IMG/VR virus record: IMGVR_UViG_3300042558_005646
Direction: 5' to 3' (one strand)
Origin: a virus
DNA: 64,000 nucleotides
In this document: positions 36,379 to 48,803 of the stretch, one piece after another
Position numbering within the stretch: position 1 is the first letter of the stretch
Layout: the number at the start of each line of letters is the position of its first letter
Notes under the pieces: model-generated
The model's database searches: none
Told to the model about the DNA's origin: nothing
What the model saw: the letters and a program-made list of their open reading frames with translations, nothing else
Position numbers and translations under genes: made by a program

Positions 36379-39300
36379 TTACACAATGTAAAGAACTTGA
36401 CTTTCTATTGGTGTTCCGTAAGTTGTTCCATCATAAGGTTTGACTATGAAAGATATTGCCATATTTCTTAAAACGACAGCTGGATTAAGCAAACTACCTT
36501 CAGAAATTTTATTTGAAACACCATTTGTCCATTCAAACCATTCAATAGTAGAAAGATCAGAACTTCCATTGAAATTATAATATGCTTGCAATGAACTATT
36601 TGCTGATATTTTATTGTCAATAATGGTATTCAAGGATTTAATTTGAACGTCGTACACATAAGGAGCAGATAAAGATCTAATTACAATTGGTTCAGAAGTA
36701 TACATGATTCCATAATCAAAATTGTCATTTGGCTCTAATGTCACATAAACGATATCATTAATCTTAAAATAATCATTAGCTGCATTCAAATCTGATTTTC
36801 TTTGAACCAATCTATCTCTGTAGTTTGGTGAAGAGTCCAATTCTATGGTTGTCGTCCCTCCACCTGAAACTCTAGTTCTGTACCATCTTGTTTTTGGCTT
36901 GTATTGCTTGTTGTCAGATAAATAATTGTAATCAACGTAAATTCTTGATGAACTAGCAATTTGGGTAGAAGATCCGACAGAAGCAAATGAAACATCTGAT
37001 TTCAATGCCAAACTTTCAGCCTTTAAGGATGGAATGTTTGTATTTAAGTAATGAGAGTAAACATTTGAATTAGGCACTGAATTTTGTGTGAATTCAAAGT
37101 TGTAAGTACTTGATGCTGTTGAAGCATATGTCTCAACTTTAAGTCCTAATCTATAATCAGAACTTTGCAAGATAAATACAGTAATAATATCGCTAGAAGA
37201 TTTATTAGTGTCAAATATTATTTTTCCATCATAACGATCTAATTTATATCCGCCACGAACTATTTCATTGTTGATTAAAACTACAATTTTACTATCTTCA
37301 GGCCATCTTCCATTTATAGCAAAATAGTTCTTATAGTCGGTAGAAACAGTGCCTTCTCCAAAAGCCTCATATCTTGTTCCTATTCTGCTTATAGAAACTT
37401 GAACAAGATTACCAGACAATACTTCTTGTCTGAATGTTATTGTTCCATTTACATTGTCGATTGTGTAAAGATTTGAGGTAAGAAGTGAAGAGTTTAAATA
37501 GACTTCAACTGTATCTGTCAACGACCAAGTAAATCTTTCATTATTGTTATAGACAAAATATGTAAAATTGTTATTTACTGACTTGATGCAAGTAAGTTTT
37601 TCAAAAGAAGCTACATTTGTATATTTATAAGATCTTTGTCTAGAAGAAATTATCCCATTATTATTTTTAATAAGTTCTTCATAATCATTCCAGTTTGTAC
37701 TATTACCCTTACAAATACCCCAAGTCAATTTTGCTTTATCGGTGTCAGAATAATCAGTTGAAAGAATGTATTCAAAGATATCATCAGTTGAAGTAAGAGC
37801 AGTTGTAAAGAAATAGTTTACAGCTGGAGAAACTTCTATGTAATACAGTTGGCTGACATACGGAGAAACAGGAAGGCTTGTAACATTATTCCATCCTTCA
37901 GTCATATCAATTTGGAAATTTAAGTTTGTAATTTCTTTATTGAGAGTAGATGTTGAAGTAAGAGTAATCCAATCACTATAGTTCTTTTTATCAGAAGAAT
38001 ACTTGTATTTGACTGTGCAGGCACTATCTACACTCTGACCTGTAGAAACCGTGTACGCAGTAGTAATTGACTTAATAAATTTAGGAGTGTCAAATTCTAC
38101 TTCTTTCTTCCAATAGCCAGCAAATAATGAATTAACTCCGCCGTGCAATAAAGAAGTAGTTATTCCAGCCCAGTATGAAGAACTAGCATCAAAATAAAGA
38201 CCACTTGTATTTTGAACTAATTGTCTTAAGTTTCCAGAGTTTATCTTATCATCAACACCAAAAGCAACTAATTTCGTACCTTGATTTCCCCAGCTATAAT
38301 TTATATTGTTTTCTAAACTTAAAATAGATACTGCATTATCGTTGTCAGCATCAGAAACAACGAATGTCAATGGAATATATAAACTGGCTAATCTTTCCAT
38401 CATATACTTTGAAACCGTAGTATTTGCTGGAATTGTGTCTGCTAACCCATTCCAATCTTGTCTCAAATATACAACAACTGAATCTGTGCTACCAATTGAT
38501 GAAGTGAAAGATACTTTGCCTGTTGATGGTATTACAGTAAATCCTGAACCCAAAGTAGTTCCATTTTTGACAACTTCAGCATATGGATAGTCTGTTGTAT
38601 TCCAAGTGAAAGTATTAGTTCCATCAGTAGAAAATGTAAGAGTTGATCCTGTAGAGCTTCCTGTTTTTGGAACTAGATTTAACTGCTTGTTGCTTTCATT
38701 CTTATATCTTGTCTTGAGCAAATCAAGTCTTATCAAATTTTCATCTGACAAGTAATCCTTGTAAGTTGAAATCAAAGATGTGTCTGCAATACCTGAAATT
38801 GCTGCTGGTTGCTGTCCAATTAGAGCGTACTCAAGGCAGTCATACAAGTTGCTATTATCGCCATCATATTTCAATGATCCAATGATAGAAGTGATTGCGA
38901 TTCCAGAGTTTGTAAACCCGCTTCCTGTCTCGTGCTTTATGCTAGTGCCAAATGTCCAAAGATCTGCAAAAGAAAATTGAGCATAGTATTGTTGATTAGT
39001 TCTAGTAAAAATATTTGTAATCAGATTGTTGAAATCGTTTGAGAATCCTGATGACATCTTCATAGAAGCAGAATTATCAAAAACGTTTGATATTACAAAT
39101 TTAGGCTTTAGATATAAGTAGCCATCATCACTAGAAATAACACCTTTGCTTTTTCCACTATCCCAATTAACTTCAGTGTTATTGTAATTACCAATAGGAA
39201 CAATAGTTTCTATTGGAGCATAAGCATTGTCATAATGTGCTTGAAAGAAGAAGTCATAACTTGTACTAATTCCTGTCCAAGTTATAGCATTTGCACTAGT

Positions 39301-42300
39301 ATATCCATATCCAGAATAAGGATTACTTGTAGATGCTTTTTTCCACTTAAAGATTGGAATAGAACTTGCTGTTTCTTTAATAACAAGGGCTAAAGTTGTT
39401 GATCCTGTTCCTGGTATATCTAATGCACTAATAAGATTGAAACTTGTAAATCCACCAACATTTACACTTGAAGATGTGATAGGACTTGAAGCAGCTAATT
39501 GAGTTTGTGGCCTTATATTGGCGTCAACAGAGTAAACATAAGCAGTAAGAGTTGTATTTGCAAGACTGTCATTATATGAAGAATTTGCAATGTTGTCTTG
39601 TTCTCTAATTGACAGGAATGCAGATACTTTTGAAATTGTGCTTGCAGTTGAAGATGTAGTAAATGTCTGCGCTAAATATCCGACTGAAGAACTATCATTA
39701 TTTATAAATCTGATGTCATTTGAAGGCTTGGATGCAAATAGTACTGGACTATATCCTTCACTTGTATTTTCACCAGTTCTATACCAGCAATCACCATCAT
39801 CAAGTGTGTACCAAATTCCATTATTACTACAAGCAACTAAAACATTTTGAGTGATGCTGTCAAATGTAGAAGAAAAGACTTGAAGATCATAAACACAAGT
39901 TGGAAGTGTACCAATGTAGTCTGATCTTTCAAAAGAATTTCCCTCATCAAAAGATCTGTAAACTCCATCATTTGTTCCGATGTAAATTTTAGATTTGCCA
40001 GGAGTAGATCCAATAGCGGCTTCAGTGTCAATTGCATAAGAGAAACAATGTAGTCCTCTCAAATATCTGCTCTCAACAATGAAGTCAGAAGAATTTAAAT
40101 CATCTGGATAAGAATATTTCCAATTTCTTACTTTTAAAATACCATCATTAGTAAGAATAAATAATGGATTTGCATATTCTGATTTCTTTGTAAGTGAAGG
40201 AACGCTATATGCTTGAAAAGATTTATAGAATTTGTTTACGCCTTCAGGATTTCCAGCATTGAACATTTTTCTCGGAACAAGGAATGAAGAGAATGTTGAA
40301 TATTGTGTGCTATTTGTCATAACATAATATCCATCGTCTCCTGCTGCGTGTAAACTTTCAAATTCAGATACAGTTCCAGCACTATTCTTTGTATACGTAC
40401 CTTTGAAAAGTCCATTTACATTATTCGAAGTAAGTTTTAGGAAGTCAGATAGGAAAGTAGTAGAACCAAGCTTAATACTTAATCCATCACTAGTTGCAAA
40501 TGCTTCAAATAAAGAACCATTCCAGAAACCAGTGAGATATGCATTTTGTCTTGCTGATGAAGTTTGTTTTTGCCAAGTTGTGTCAAACTTCCAAAGCCCA
40601 TTAGAAGCGCCAACAATTATTTCAAGATTCGGATTATATGAAATATAACTGGTATCAAAAGCACTGTCTAATGTGCTTTCAAGCTCCCAATATCCAGTAT
40701 ATTTCCAAACACCCTTTTCAGTAATTATTCTTGTACCTGTGCCATCTTTTGTCAAACCAATAATTCCCTTGACTTGGATTGGATCACTTTCAAAATCATT
40801 TACTGTTGGAATTAATTCTGTTCTGTTTTTGAATGATGAATTTAAACTATCAAAACTAGCATTACTTGAGAAATTATTAATTAATAAAGTGTTCTTAAGT
40901 CCTCTTGTATCTGTTTGTGATATAAATGGCGCAGTAAAGTCAAATATAGTTGAATTTATTGATTTGATTTTTCTTGCTAACTCTTGAATATTGGAATTAT
41001 TTTCAGATGCCAAGTTGTATGTCTGATTTGAAATTGCAAGATAAAGATCATCTTCCAATCCAGAAACAATCTCATTTTTAATACCATATACTTCTGTACC
41101 AACATCAAATGTAGTAGTGCTTGTAAGTCTTGCTACAGATAATGAGATTTCTGAAGGAAAAGAAGTATTATCAATTGATTTTATTATGGCAATTTCATAA
41201 TTATTGCCATTCTTCAATTCTATCAGAGAATAATTTTCTATATCTTGATTGACATATATTTTAGTGTCTGTATTTGAGTTTGCTCTAGCTAGTAATGCAA
41301 TAGGTTTTTTTGTTTTATATAGTGGAACAAATGTTGAAGAATGAGGTTTTGTTCCAGCATCCGATATTGTTGGAAAATCATGAACTACAGACAATTTTAC
41401 ATTATCAATATCTTTTTTAAGTACTGATTGGGTAAATGTTATTTTGCCTTCAGACGCATTGGAATAAAATGGAATTGTACTTGGTTCATTGTTGATATAA
41501 GTAATTATTCTTGTGCTATCAGTTTGTGTATTATTCCAAGGATTTGTTGTGAAAGTATTGAAACTTCTTTCATAGAATAGCTGATTACCAGGCACATATG
41601 AAGTTCCAATTGATACCATTTGATAAGGATAATTTAAGGAAAAGCTAGTTATTTGATTATATTCTTTATCAAAAACTGCAAACTCTGTATCATTTTCGCT
41701 AAATGTATCATTGGCTCTTTTCCATCGATAATCAAGAGAAAGAGTGTTTGAAATATTTACATCTTGCCAAAGAAGTTCTGTGCTAATGAAAATGCCGTTG
41801 TTTGTTCCAGCATATAATTTTCCATAATTTGAAGTATCATCATAACTATAAAGAGCATTTACTGATCCTTGGAAGACAGGTTCCCAAAATAATTCAGTAT
41901 ATGCTGTTGTAGATCCAAAAGATGTTTCTTGTAGTCTTGCAATTCCATTTGAATGACCAACTAAATAATCAGTTGGAAATGTAGTTGAATTTCTTTGAAC
42001 TACGCAATTAATGATATTACTAGAACCAGCCCCAGTAGGAGTTGAATTTTGATATATCTTAAGTCTCTGAACTTCCCATACAACATCAGAAGTTCCAAAA
42101 TTAAACGCATCTTCAACTACAAGGTGCCAAGAGCTATCAGCATTAATTGTTCCGCTTAAGACGTAAACAGTTTTCCAATTGATGAATTCAGCGTTGACAT
42201 CTAATTCAGTTGATCTTGTCCAACTTCCAGCAGATGCAACATAAATTCCATTCTCTGATTTAGTTGTTTGGTTCTTAACTAAAACAATATTACCAGCACT

Positions 42301-44952
42301 TACAGATACACCATCAATTATTTGTGTTCCTGTTAGTGAGATATCCCCAGTAGTAGCACATAAAGCATTACTAAAAGAAGTAGTAGGTTGCGAGAATGGA
42401 AGAGACCAATACTTACCTGTAGCATCTTCAATATACTTTGCAGTGTGAGTTATAAATGCTTGATAATCATTCCACCAGATAATATTATTTTTGTAAGTGC
42501 CATCTTGAATCCAATAAATTCCCTTTACTGGCTCGTCAAATATTTGTAATAATTGGCTAAAGTCTCCGTAGTAAAGTCCTTTAGTGCTTGTACCTATTGC
42601 TCCAATGTATAACGCTCTTTGAATAGTGACATCATCTTCAGCATTTTCAACAAAAGTAGTTTTTTGAACAGATATTTCTTCAATTCCAGAAAGATTATAG
42701 ATATTAGTTATTGCAGTACCTGAGCTATTATAAAAACTTGAAATTTCACTCCAATTCCAATTTTGATAAGCTGTATTGTCTGGAATGATACTGTAATAAA
42801 CTTTATCGTTTGTCAAACCATATTGATAAGTTTGATAAGATCCGTCTGCAGTTTTATCAGAAGAAATCTTAAAAGCACTTATGGTTTTTGCTATTCCGCT
42901 TTCTGTTATAGGAAGTTTTAATTCAGACCATACATCCTCAGTATCTTTATAATAAACTTTCCCTAAAGTTGTTGATGCATAAACTTTCTTAAAATAATTT
43001 TCATTTGTCGGATAAATTATATTGTCTTGTAGTGATAATATTTTTCCAAAATCATTTTGCCAGTTTGTAGTTTGTGCTGTGTTGCTATTGATATTAAATT
43101 GAAACAAACCCCTAGAAGAAGCAACATAAATTAAATTTAAACTAGAAAAAATATTTGCACTTTTATAGAAGAAGCATAAACTATCATTGTATTGAATGGA
43201 CGAATTTGTATTCTGAGGATATAAGTATGATTTTCCGATACCTGTTACTAAGAATTTATCAGGAACGAAAGTCAAAGTTTCTTTATATCTATTCTCGCTA
43301 AAATGGTTTATTCTTAAGTTATTGAGTGATATTTTACCAGTTGATATACTGTCTGCAGATAAACTATTGATAAAATCATTTGAAAGTGAATTTCTAATTT
43401 CTTCTTTGCGAGAGATAATAATTACTCTTAAATCTGAAAATGTGAAGTTATCATAGTTAGGTATTGAACTCTTGAGGAGTATTGTTCCAGAATACGGATT
43501 GATTTCATAATTTACTGGTTCAATAAGATTTTCTGACAAATAAACTTTTGCATCATTATATTGAAAATCTGTCCAAGAAAAATAATTGTACTTATCTGTA
43601 GTAACTCCAAGAGCGTCAGTAAATTGATAAATCGTGCCATCTGTCAAACTTATATAACTTTCAAAGACTAATGAACTTGAAAGCAAAGCTTGATTGACAT
43701 CTATAGCAAAAAGAGTTTTGTCAGTAGAATATGGCAAATATACTTCTATTTTAGAAGTTGCCTTTATATTTTGATATAAATATAATTTATTTGTTTCACT
43801 TATTGAATAATCTGAAGTAGAAAGTATAGTTCCATCGAGTTTTACAACAGGAGTGCCGTATCTTGTCAAAGATTCGTTAAAAATTGATCCATCAGACTTC
43901 TTGAGTACAAAAATATTGGTATTGTCATAAGAAAGACTTCCATCATTATTTGATGCAAACAAGACTAGATAATTTCCTAAATCTATTTTGGAAGCTGAAT
44001 TAATTTCTCCCAAATGTTTGTGTTTGAGGTATGAAAGTTGAAGTTGTCTTTGAAATTCTCCTGAAGATTCATTTATTTGATTTCTTCTTTCTTCATATAT
44101 TATTTCTGAAATAACATTATAATCAGTATATGTTGGGTCTGCTTTATAAATTACAGTTGCAAGATAGACTGCATTCGAATATGTGTTGTATTTAGCATCA
44201 GGAATTAATGGGCAAGTAATATTACATACTTCATCAGATAAAGTAGATATTCCAGACTCAGCCCAGACATAAAAAATATTACCAATTGTTTGCCTAAAGT
44301 AATATGGTTTTTCTGTCTTTGCTGCATATTTATCAATGATGCCATCGCCTGTGCTAACTTTTATGCACTGTTTGAAAGCATTTTCAAAATATAAATTACT
44401 TGTATCTAATGTAAAGTTTGACGATGCAACACTGCCAATCCATAAAGTTTTTTGATTTACTGTGCCTGAACTTACATAAACAACAAAGTTATCAGAATAA
44501 TCTGAAGAAGAATTAAGTAAAGAATGTCTAGTCCATGAGCCAGAGGCGACAGTATAAACGCCATTTTGAGAAGATGTGGATTGATTTTTCACTAATACCA
44601 AATCACCAACTACTACAGAAATACCATCTATTGTTTGAGTATTGGATAAAGTAATATTTGTAGTTGTAGCTGCTAAACAAGTTATAGAAAAATTAAGATT
44701 CAATAAAGCAAGTTTTTGACCATATTCGCTTGATGCACTAGAATTGTATCCATCAAGAAGCAAAATTTGATCAGCTCTACTATCTTCTAACTTTGTTACA
44801 TTCCACCCATTGATGATTCCAGGCCCAAAGAAAGAGTATATGCCTGAAAAATTGGTTTCAGCTGTAAGCATATTTTCATAGTCATAACCTGGATACCAAA
44901 TATCGCCAAACGATGAATATAAAAACTTGTAAATTGATGTACGATTAGCCAT
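36379..44952 (-). CDS. Giant multidomain virion (baseplate/tail) protein
   Basis: 2857 aa; two VLVKNQ..NG[IV]Y modules, BNR/beta-propeller-like repeats (GVYRSFDEGNSF, GIWYTLDDGDCW), several x-Y-x-I-D-x3-G-x-I-x-F repeats. Confidence 0.75.
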   Translation of the reverse strand: MANRTSIYKFLYSSFGDIWYPGYDYENMLTAETNFSGIYSFFGPGIINGWNVTKLEDSRADQILLLDGYNSSASSEYGQKLALLNLNFSITCLAATTTNITLSNTQTIDGISVVVGDLVLVKNQSTSSQNGVYTVASGSWTRHSLLNSSSDYSDNFVVYVSSGTVNQKTLWIGSVASSNFTLDTSNLYFENAFKQCIKVSTGDGIIDKYAAKTEKPYYFRQTIGNIFYVWAESGISTLSDEVCNITCPLIPDAKYNTYSNAVYLATVIYKADPTYTDYNVISEIIYEERRNQINESSGEFQRQLQLSYLKHKHLGEINSASKIDLGNYLVLFASNNDGSLSYDNTNIFVLKKSDGSIFNESLTRYGTPVVKLDGTILSTSDYSISETNKLYLYQNIKATSKIEVYLPYSTDKTLFAIDVNQALLSSSLVFESYISLTDGTIYQFTDALGVTTDKYNYFSWTDFQYNDAKVYLSENLIEPVNYEINPYSGTILLKSSIPNYDNFTFSDLRVIIISRKEEIRNSLSNDFINSLSADSISTGKISLNNLRINHFSENRYKETLTFVPDKFLVTGIGKSYLYPQNTNSSIQYNDSLCFFYKSANIFSSLNLIYVASSRGLFQFNINSNTAQTTNWQNDFGKILSLQDNIIYPTNENYFKKVYASTTLGKVYYKDTEDVWSELKLPITESGIAKTISAFKISSDKTADGSYQTYQYGLTNDKVYYSIIPDNTAYQNWNWSEISSFYNSSGTAITNIYNLSGIEEISVQKTTFVENAEDDVTIQRALYIGAIGTSTKGLYYGDFSQLLQIFDEPVKGIYWIQDGTYKNNIIWWNDYQAFITHTAKYIEDATGKYWSLPFSQPTTSFSNALCATTGDISLTGTQIIDGVSVSAGNIVLVKNQTTKSENGIYVASAGSWTRSTELDVNAEFINWKTVYVLSGTINADSSWHLVVEDAFNFGTSDVVWEVQRLKIYQNSTPTGAGSSNIINCVVQRNSTTFPTDYLVGHSNGIARLQETSFGSTTAYTELFWEPVFQGSVNALYSYDDTSNYGKLYAGTNNGIFISTELLWQDVNISNTLSLDYRWKRANDTFSENDTEFAVFDKEYNQITSFSLNYPYQMVSIGTSYVPGNQLFYERSFNTFTTNPWNNTQTDSTRIITYINNEPSTIPFYSNASEGKITFTQSVLKKDIDNVKLSVVHDFPTISDAGTKPHSSTFVPLYKTKKPIALLARANSNTDTKIYVNQDIENYSLIELKNGNNYEIAIIKSIDNTSFPSEISLSVARLTSTTTFDVGTEVYGIKNEIVSGLEDDLYLAISNQTYNLASENNSNIQELARKIKSINSTIFDFTAPFISQTDTRGLKNTLLINNFSSNASFDSLNSSFKNRTELIPTVNDFESDPIQVKGIIGLTKDGTGTRIITEKGVWKYTGYWELESTLDSAFDTSYISYNPNLEIIVGASNGLWKFDTTWQKQTSSARQNAYLTGFWNGSLFEAFATSDGLSIKLGSTTFLSDFLKLTSNNVNGLFKGTYTKNSAGTVSEFESLHAAGDDGYYVMTNSTQYSTFSSFLVPRKMFNAGNPEGVNKFYKSFQAYSVPSLTKKSEYANPLFILTNDGILKVRNWKYSYPDDLNSSDFIVESRYLRGLHCFSYAIDTEAAIGSTPGKSKIYIGTNDGVYRSFDEGNSFERSDYIGTLPTCVYDLQVFSSTFDSITQNVLVACSNNGIWYTLDDGDCWYRTGENTSEGYSPVLFASKPSNDIRFINNDSSSVGYLAQTFTTSSTASTISKVSAFLSIREQDNIANSSYNDSLANTTLTAYVYSVDANIRPQTQLAASSPITSSSVNVGGFTSFNLISALDIPGTGSTTLALVIKETASSIPIFKWKKASTSNPYSGYGYTSANAITWTGISTSYDFFFQAHYDNAYAPIETIVPIGNYNNTEVNWDSGKSKGVISSDDGYLYLKPKFVISNVFDNSASMKMSSGFSNDFNNLITNIFTRTNQQYYAQFSFADLWTFGTSIKHETGSGFTNSGIAITSIIGSLKYDGDNSNLYDCLEYALIGQQPAAISGIADTSLISTYKDYLSDENLIRLDLLKTRYKNESNKQLNLVPKTGSSTGSTLTFSTDGTNTFTWNTTDYPYAEVVKNGTTLGSGFTVIPSTGKVSFTSSIGSTDSVVVYLRQDWNGLADTIPANTTVSKYMMERLASLYIPLTFVVSDADNDNAVSILSLENNINYSWGNQGTKLVAFGVDDKINSGNLRQLVQNTSGLYFDASSSYWAGITTSLLHGGVNSLFAGYWKKEVEFDTPKFIKSITTAYTVSTGQSVDSACTVKYKYSSDKKNYSDWITLTSTSTLNKEITNLNFQIDMTEGWNNVTSLPVSPYVSQLYYIEVSPAVNYFFTTALTSTDDIFEYILSTDYSDTDKAKLTWGICKGNSTNWNDYEELIKNNNGIISSRQRSYKYTNVASFEKLTCIKSVNNNFTYFVYNNNERFTWSLTDTVEVYLNSSLLTSNLYTIDNVNGTITFRQEVLSGNLVQVSISRIGTRYEAFGEGTVSTDYKNYFAINGRWPEDSKIVVLINNEIVRGGYKLDRYDGKIIFDTNKSSSDIITVFILQSSDYRLGLKVETYASTASSTYNFEFTQNSVPNSNVYSHYLNTNIPSLKAESLALKSDVSFASVGSSTQIASSSRIYVDYNYLSDNKQYKPKTRWYRTRVSGGGTTTIELDSSPNYRDRLVQRKSDLNAANDYFKINDIVYVTLEPNDNFDYGIMYTSEPIVIRSLSAPYVYDVQIKSLNTIIDNKISANSSLQAYYNFNGSSDLSTIEWFEWTNGVSNKISEGSLLNPAVVLRNMAISFIVKPYDGTTYGTPIESQVLYIV

Positions 44953-44957
44953 ATTGT

Positions 44958-47900
44958 CTATAAACTTGGATTGAATTTGATGCTAGCATCTCCTATATCA
45001 AGTTGTACGGCAAAATCATAGACCATAGATGGAGTTGTTCCTACACTTGTAAGAAAAATTCCAAATCTAATTTTGCTTGATGCTTCTGATAATTCGAATG
45101 TTTGATTAGGCGAAATTACTGTGTAGTTAGCAAAATTAAATGTTTCATTAGTGTCATCAGAAGTTGTGTATCCGTACACGATGCTACCATTGTTTTTTAA
45201 TTCGTTAGAGGATAATAATCCTCTTTTAATCATTGGAGCATCAGTGTCATAATTAGATGTATCAAACATTCTTGTGAAGAAATAGCTGCCTGTTGATGAA
45301 GTGTAAGAAATAGTCAAAGACAGCAATTCTGGAGTGACATTTGGAGTAGCAGTTATCAACTCTACTTTGTATTGCAACCATTTTCCTGAATATGCAGATA
45401 AATCTACTGACAGTGATTGTGTAGTTGTTTGTGCAAGACTGTCATTGATTGTGGACAATGACTGAGGATCTCCGTATGATGCAGCAATACATTCTGCTCT
45501 TGTATTGCCAGTTTTTACATAAATATTAACTTGTGTGCCGTTATCTAATGAAGAATCTGGGCTTGATGGATATTTATTTAAAATTAAGGCAACAATCTGT
45601 GTCCACGTAATAAGTGTTGGAACATAAATTGGCTGAACTTCATAAATTCCATACTCTCTGATTTTACGGTCAGGAGCGTAAACTGGGTAAGTTCTTGAAG
45701 GGGGAACATAAATCCCCTTCCTAGATAGCGAGTTGTCAGCATTCTTTTGAATTTGATAGATAACGCCTGAATTATTAGTCGTAGATAAATTCTGGTTATT
45801 AGAATTAGTATTTGTCGTTGTTGTGGGTGTAGTATTTGCATTTGTTTGACCCTGTGTTGGATTATTATTCTGGTTGTTCTGAGTATTTCCAGTCACAGGA
45901 TTGATTGTTGTATTTGAATTTGAGACAATAGTAGTGTTGGTGTATTGAATAAATGAACTTGTGTTATTTGCTGTATTTGCCACCTGTATCATTCTGTCAC
46001 TTACTAATGGAAATCCAGAAGCATGAGCTGGAAGAGCTACGCCTTGAATGTTGCCTGCTTCATCCTTGAATCTAGCATAAATATATCTACTGTTGTTTTC
46101 ATATGGAGTTGTAGTAAATTCATAAACACTACCATCCATTCCAGCACCGTAGAATGTATTTCCAATTGCAGTGACAGATTTTATTTTACTTGAGCCGTAG
46201 AATTGCGAAGATGGAATTGCTTCAAATGTTTCTCCAGCTGCTTTTTGCCACAATAATTTAAAAGTAGTTCCAGACCCAACATTATTAGTAGTTTGAAGCT
46301 TTATCTTGAGTAAATCGCCTTCTGTTGTATTAAAAGCGTTTGTTGAATAAAGAGTCGTTAAATTTGTAGATTGATTATAATTACTTATTTGTAGAGTATC
46401 ATTAACAAATAAATTATACCCAACACTACTATCAATTCTAAATGATAATGCGCCATCTTTTGAAGCTAACACTGCCCCTTCAAATGAAACAGAACTATTT
46501 GTAAAACCTGTTGGAGGGATAAATGAACTTCCAATAGCTCCTGTGTAATTTATTGCTTGAGTTTGACCTCTATATGCAACAAAATTGTAGCTTTCAATGT
46601 CTCCTAAATCTGTCCAAGTAATACCAGATCCAGTGTAAGATCTCCAAGTAGAGTTTAGTTGATTTGTATCATAAGAATATGAAACTATTTTTTTAAAACC
46701 ATTTATTGACTTAAAATATCCATAAGTTCCATTATCAGCGCTAATAAAAATATAGTTGCCATTTGGGTCATCATAAATATAATGAATATGGTCAGCATAA
46801 GTGTCATAAAGTTTAGACCAAGAATTAGCTGTTGCATTTGTAAACGATAGCTCCCAAATTTGGCCTCCTCTAAATCCTGCTACAACTGAATTTCTTGTAA
46901 TTGATTTTGCAAGATACTCAACATTGTCAAAGTTTGAGGATAATGTTTGTACCCATTCAGAATTGTAATATTTATAAACTGCAGACGCTGCACTTCCATA
47001 ATCTCCACCAACACCTACATACAAAGTGAAATCTTTAGCCGTTAATGCAGATACTTGGTCATATGAAAATGTCTTGATTTCTGTTATGGATTTACCATTG
47101 TACTGATAAACTGAGCATATACTTGTAGAGCCTTTAGTTGATCCAAGGAATAAATTATTTCCCAATGATGTTATAGAAACAATAGGCTTTAGTAATTTAT
47201 AATTGGTTGTTGACAAAGGATCTTTGGCATTTAATACACTCCAAAACTCTCCATTAAAAGATGTGAAAACAAGTCCATAGTTTGTTCCAGCGTAAGCTCT
47301 TCCATTGTAAACATGAATACAAGTAATTTGATATTTTTCGTTTACAAGTGATTCATTGAGAATTTCATATATAGCACCGTCTTTATAAACGAACATTTTG
47401 TGATTTGCTGCAATAAGAACTTTGTCATTGAATGTTGCAACTGCTGTAATTTCAGAAGAAGCATTTCCTGTTTTTTTGGACCACAAATATGCTGCATTAG
47501 TAAGATCAATATTTGTAAAGGTAGTTTCACCAGCAGAAAAATCTATGAATCCTTTTGCATCTGCATTTGGAAAAGATGTTGCATCTCTAAAATCTGAGAA
47601 TCTTGATATTTGTGCTGATACTACATCTGAAAATTGATCATAAGCAGCAATAGTTATGTCCCCACGTTGATCAATCGTAAAATAATCTCCCTGATATGCA
47701 ATACGGGCAGCATACAAAGAAAGTGGTGTTGTAAAAGTAAAGTTTAAATAATCTGTTGTTTCTGAATCTGCAATATTTTCAACAATATCTTCCCAGTCAG
47801 ATGTTTTGGTTTTTTTTACTTGCAGGATATAAGTCTTGGTATTCTTAGCAGTTGCACCAACAATTAAATTTGTAACAGTTGGATAAATATTGTTTGTAGA

Positions 47901-48803
47901 GTTAGTTAGATCTTCATAAACTGGATCAAACTTTTTATAGATGTAATTTGATTGATCATTGCCAATAACTTCAAATTTTGAAAGATCAGAACTTCCGCCA
48001 TAAACAGATACCTCTTTAAGTGGAATTTCAAATAAATCAAGTAAATAATCTTTAGAAGACAATTCCGCTGATGCTGTATTGAATGCTGTAATTTTATAAT
48101 ATGGTGAAGTATTTGCTATTCTAATCCAAGTTGTATTTGTAGAGTCATAATATGCAAATTCAGAAGATGTATTTGTGAAATTAGCAATATCTATAGTAGC
48201 CTGCCCAACAACGGCTATAGGTAAGTTGTCTAATGTTATATGAATCCAGTAAGTTGTATCTGCTGTTAAAGTAATTCCAGTATTTGTAAAGGAATATGAA
48301 TCAAAAGAAGTAGTCAAATCATCAAATTGTATTGATGAAAAACTGCCAAGCGATGCAGAAGGAGCATCATTTGTGGAATCATGAGTATATAAAGCAACAT
48401 TAATTCTGTCGCCAAGATTTACAATGCTTCCAGTTTTTTTGAGTTTCAAAAATATTGTTGAAATATTTTGTGCTTTATCGGAAACAATCTTAAATGCATT
48501 TATAGTTTTAGAAAATGAATAAGATGTAGTTGTGTCAGTGTATTCGGTAGTTATAGAAGAATATCCAGTGCCAGAAAAATAATGCACTTTAATTCCTGGA
48601 TCTACATCATTTGACTTTCTGTTAAGTATTAATATGCCTTTTGGTGGGACAGTATCATAAATTACGCTTGCATTGGGATAAAATTCGGATTTAACAAATA
48701 CATCCGTAGTTTCATCTTCAATTTCATAACCTATCGAAGTACCATTGTTGAGAGCTTCGTTCCAATACTTTGGATCGAAAAATCCGTTATTATCATACCC
48801 CAT
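44958..48803 (-). CDS. Large virion protein with beta-propeller repeats and a PA14-like domain
   Basis: 1281 aa; [15 protein letters not shown] repeats; PA14-like segment ~46200-46500; N/T/Q-rich linker. Confidence 0.7.
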   Translation of the reverse strand: MGYDNNGFFDPKYWNEALNNGTSIGYEIEDETTDVFVKSEFYPNASVIYDTVPPKGILILNRKSNDVDPGIKVHYFSGTGYSSITTEYTDTTTSYSFSKTINAFKIVSDKAQNISTIFLKLKKTGSIVNLGDRINVALYTHDSTNDAPSASLGSFSSIQFDDLTTSFDSYSFTNTGITLTADTTYWIHITLDNLPIAVVGQATIDIANFTNTSSEFAYYDSTNTTWIRIANTSPYYKITAFNTASAELSSKDYLLDLFEIPLKEVSVYGGSSDLSKFEVIGNDQSNYIYKKFDPVYEDLTNSTNNIYPTVTNLIVGATAKNTKTYILQVKKTKTSDWEDIVENIADSETTDYLNFTFTTPLSLYAARIAYQGDYFTIDQRGDITIAAYDQFSDVVSAQISRFSDFRDATSFPNADAKGFIDFSAGETTFTNIDLTNAAYLWSKKTGNASSEITAVATFNDKVLIAANHKMFVYKDGAIYEILNESLVNEKYQITCIHVYNGRAYAGTNYGLVFTSFNGEFWSVLNAKDPLSTTNYKLLKPIVSITSLGNNLFLGSTKGSTSICSVYQYNGKSITEIKTFSYDQVSALTAKDFTLYVGVGGDYGSAASAVYKYYNSEWVQTLSSNFDNVEYLAKSITRNSVVAGFRGGQIWELSFTNATANSWSKLYDTYADHIHYIYDDPNGNYIFISADNGTYGYFKSINGFKKIVSYSYDTNQLNSTWRSYTGSGITWTDLGDIESYNFVAYRGQTQAINYTGAIGSSFIPPTGFTNSSVSFEGAVLASKDGALSFRIDSSVGYNLFVNDTLQISNYNQSTNLTTLYSTNAFNTTEGDLLKIKLQTTNNVGSGTTFKLLWQKAAGETFEAIPSSQFYGSSKIKSVTAIGNTFYGAGMDGSVYEFTTTPYENNSRYIYARFKDEAGNIQGVALPAHASGFPLVSDRMIQVANTANNTSSFIQYTNTTIVSNSNTTINPVTGNTQNNQNNNPTQGQTNANTTPTTTTNTNSNNQNLSTTNNSGVIYQIQKNADNSLSRKGIYVPPSRTYPVYAPDRKIREYGIYEVQPIYVPTLITWTQIVALILNKYPSSPDSSLDNGTQVNIYVKTGNTRAECIAASYGDPQSLSTINDSLAQTTTQSLSVDLSAYSGKWLQYKVELITATPNVTPELLSLTISYTSSTGSYFFTRMFDTSNYDTDAPMIKRGLLSSNELKNNGSIVYGYTTSDDTNETFNFANYTVISPNQTFELSEASSKIRFGIFLTSVGTTPSMVYDFAVQLDIGDASIKFNPSL

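Noticed and set aside
42200-44700. Diversity-generating retroelement TR/VR pair suggested by repeated modules
   Set aside because: The copies differ at all base types rather than only adenines, and there is no reverse transcriptase in the window.
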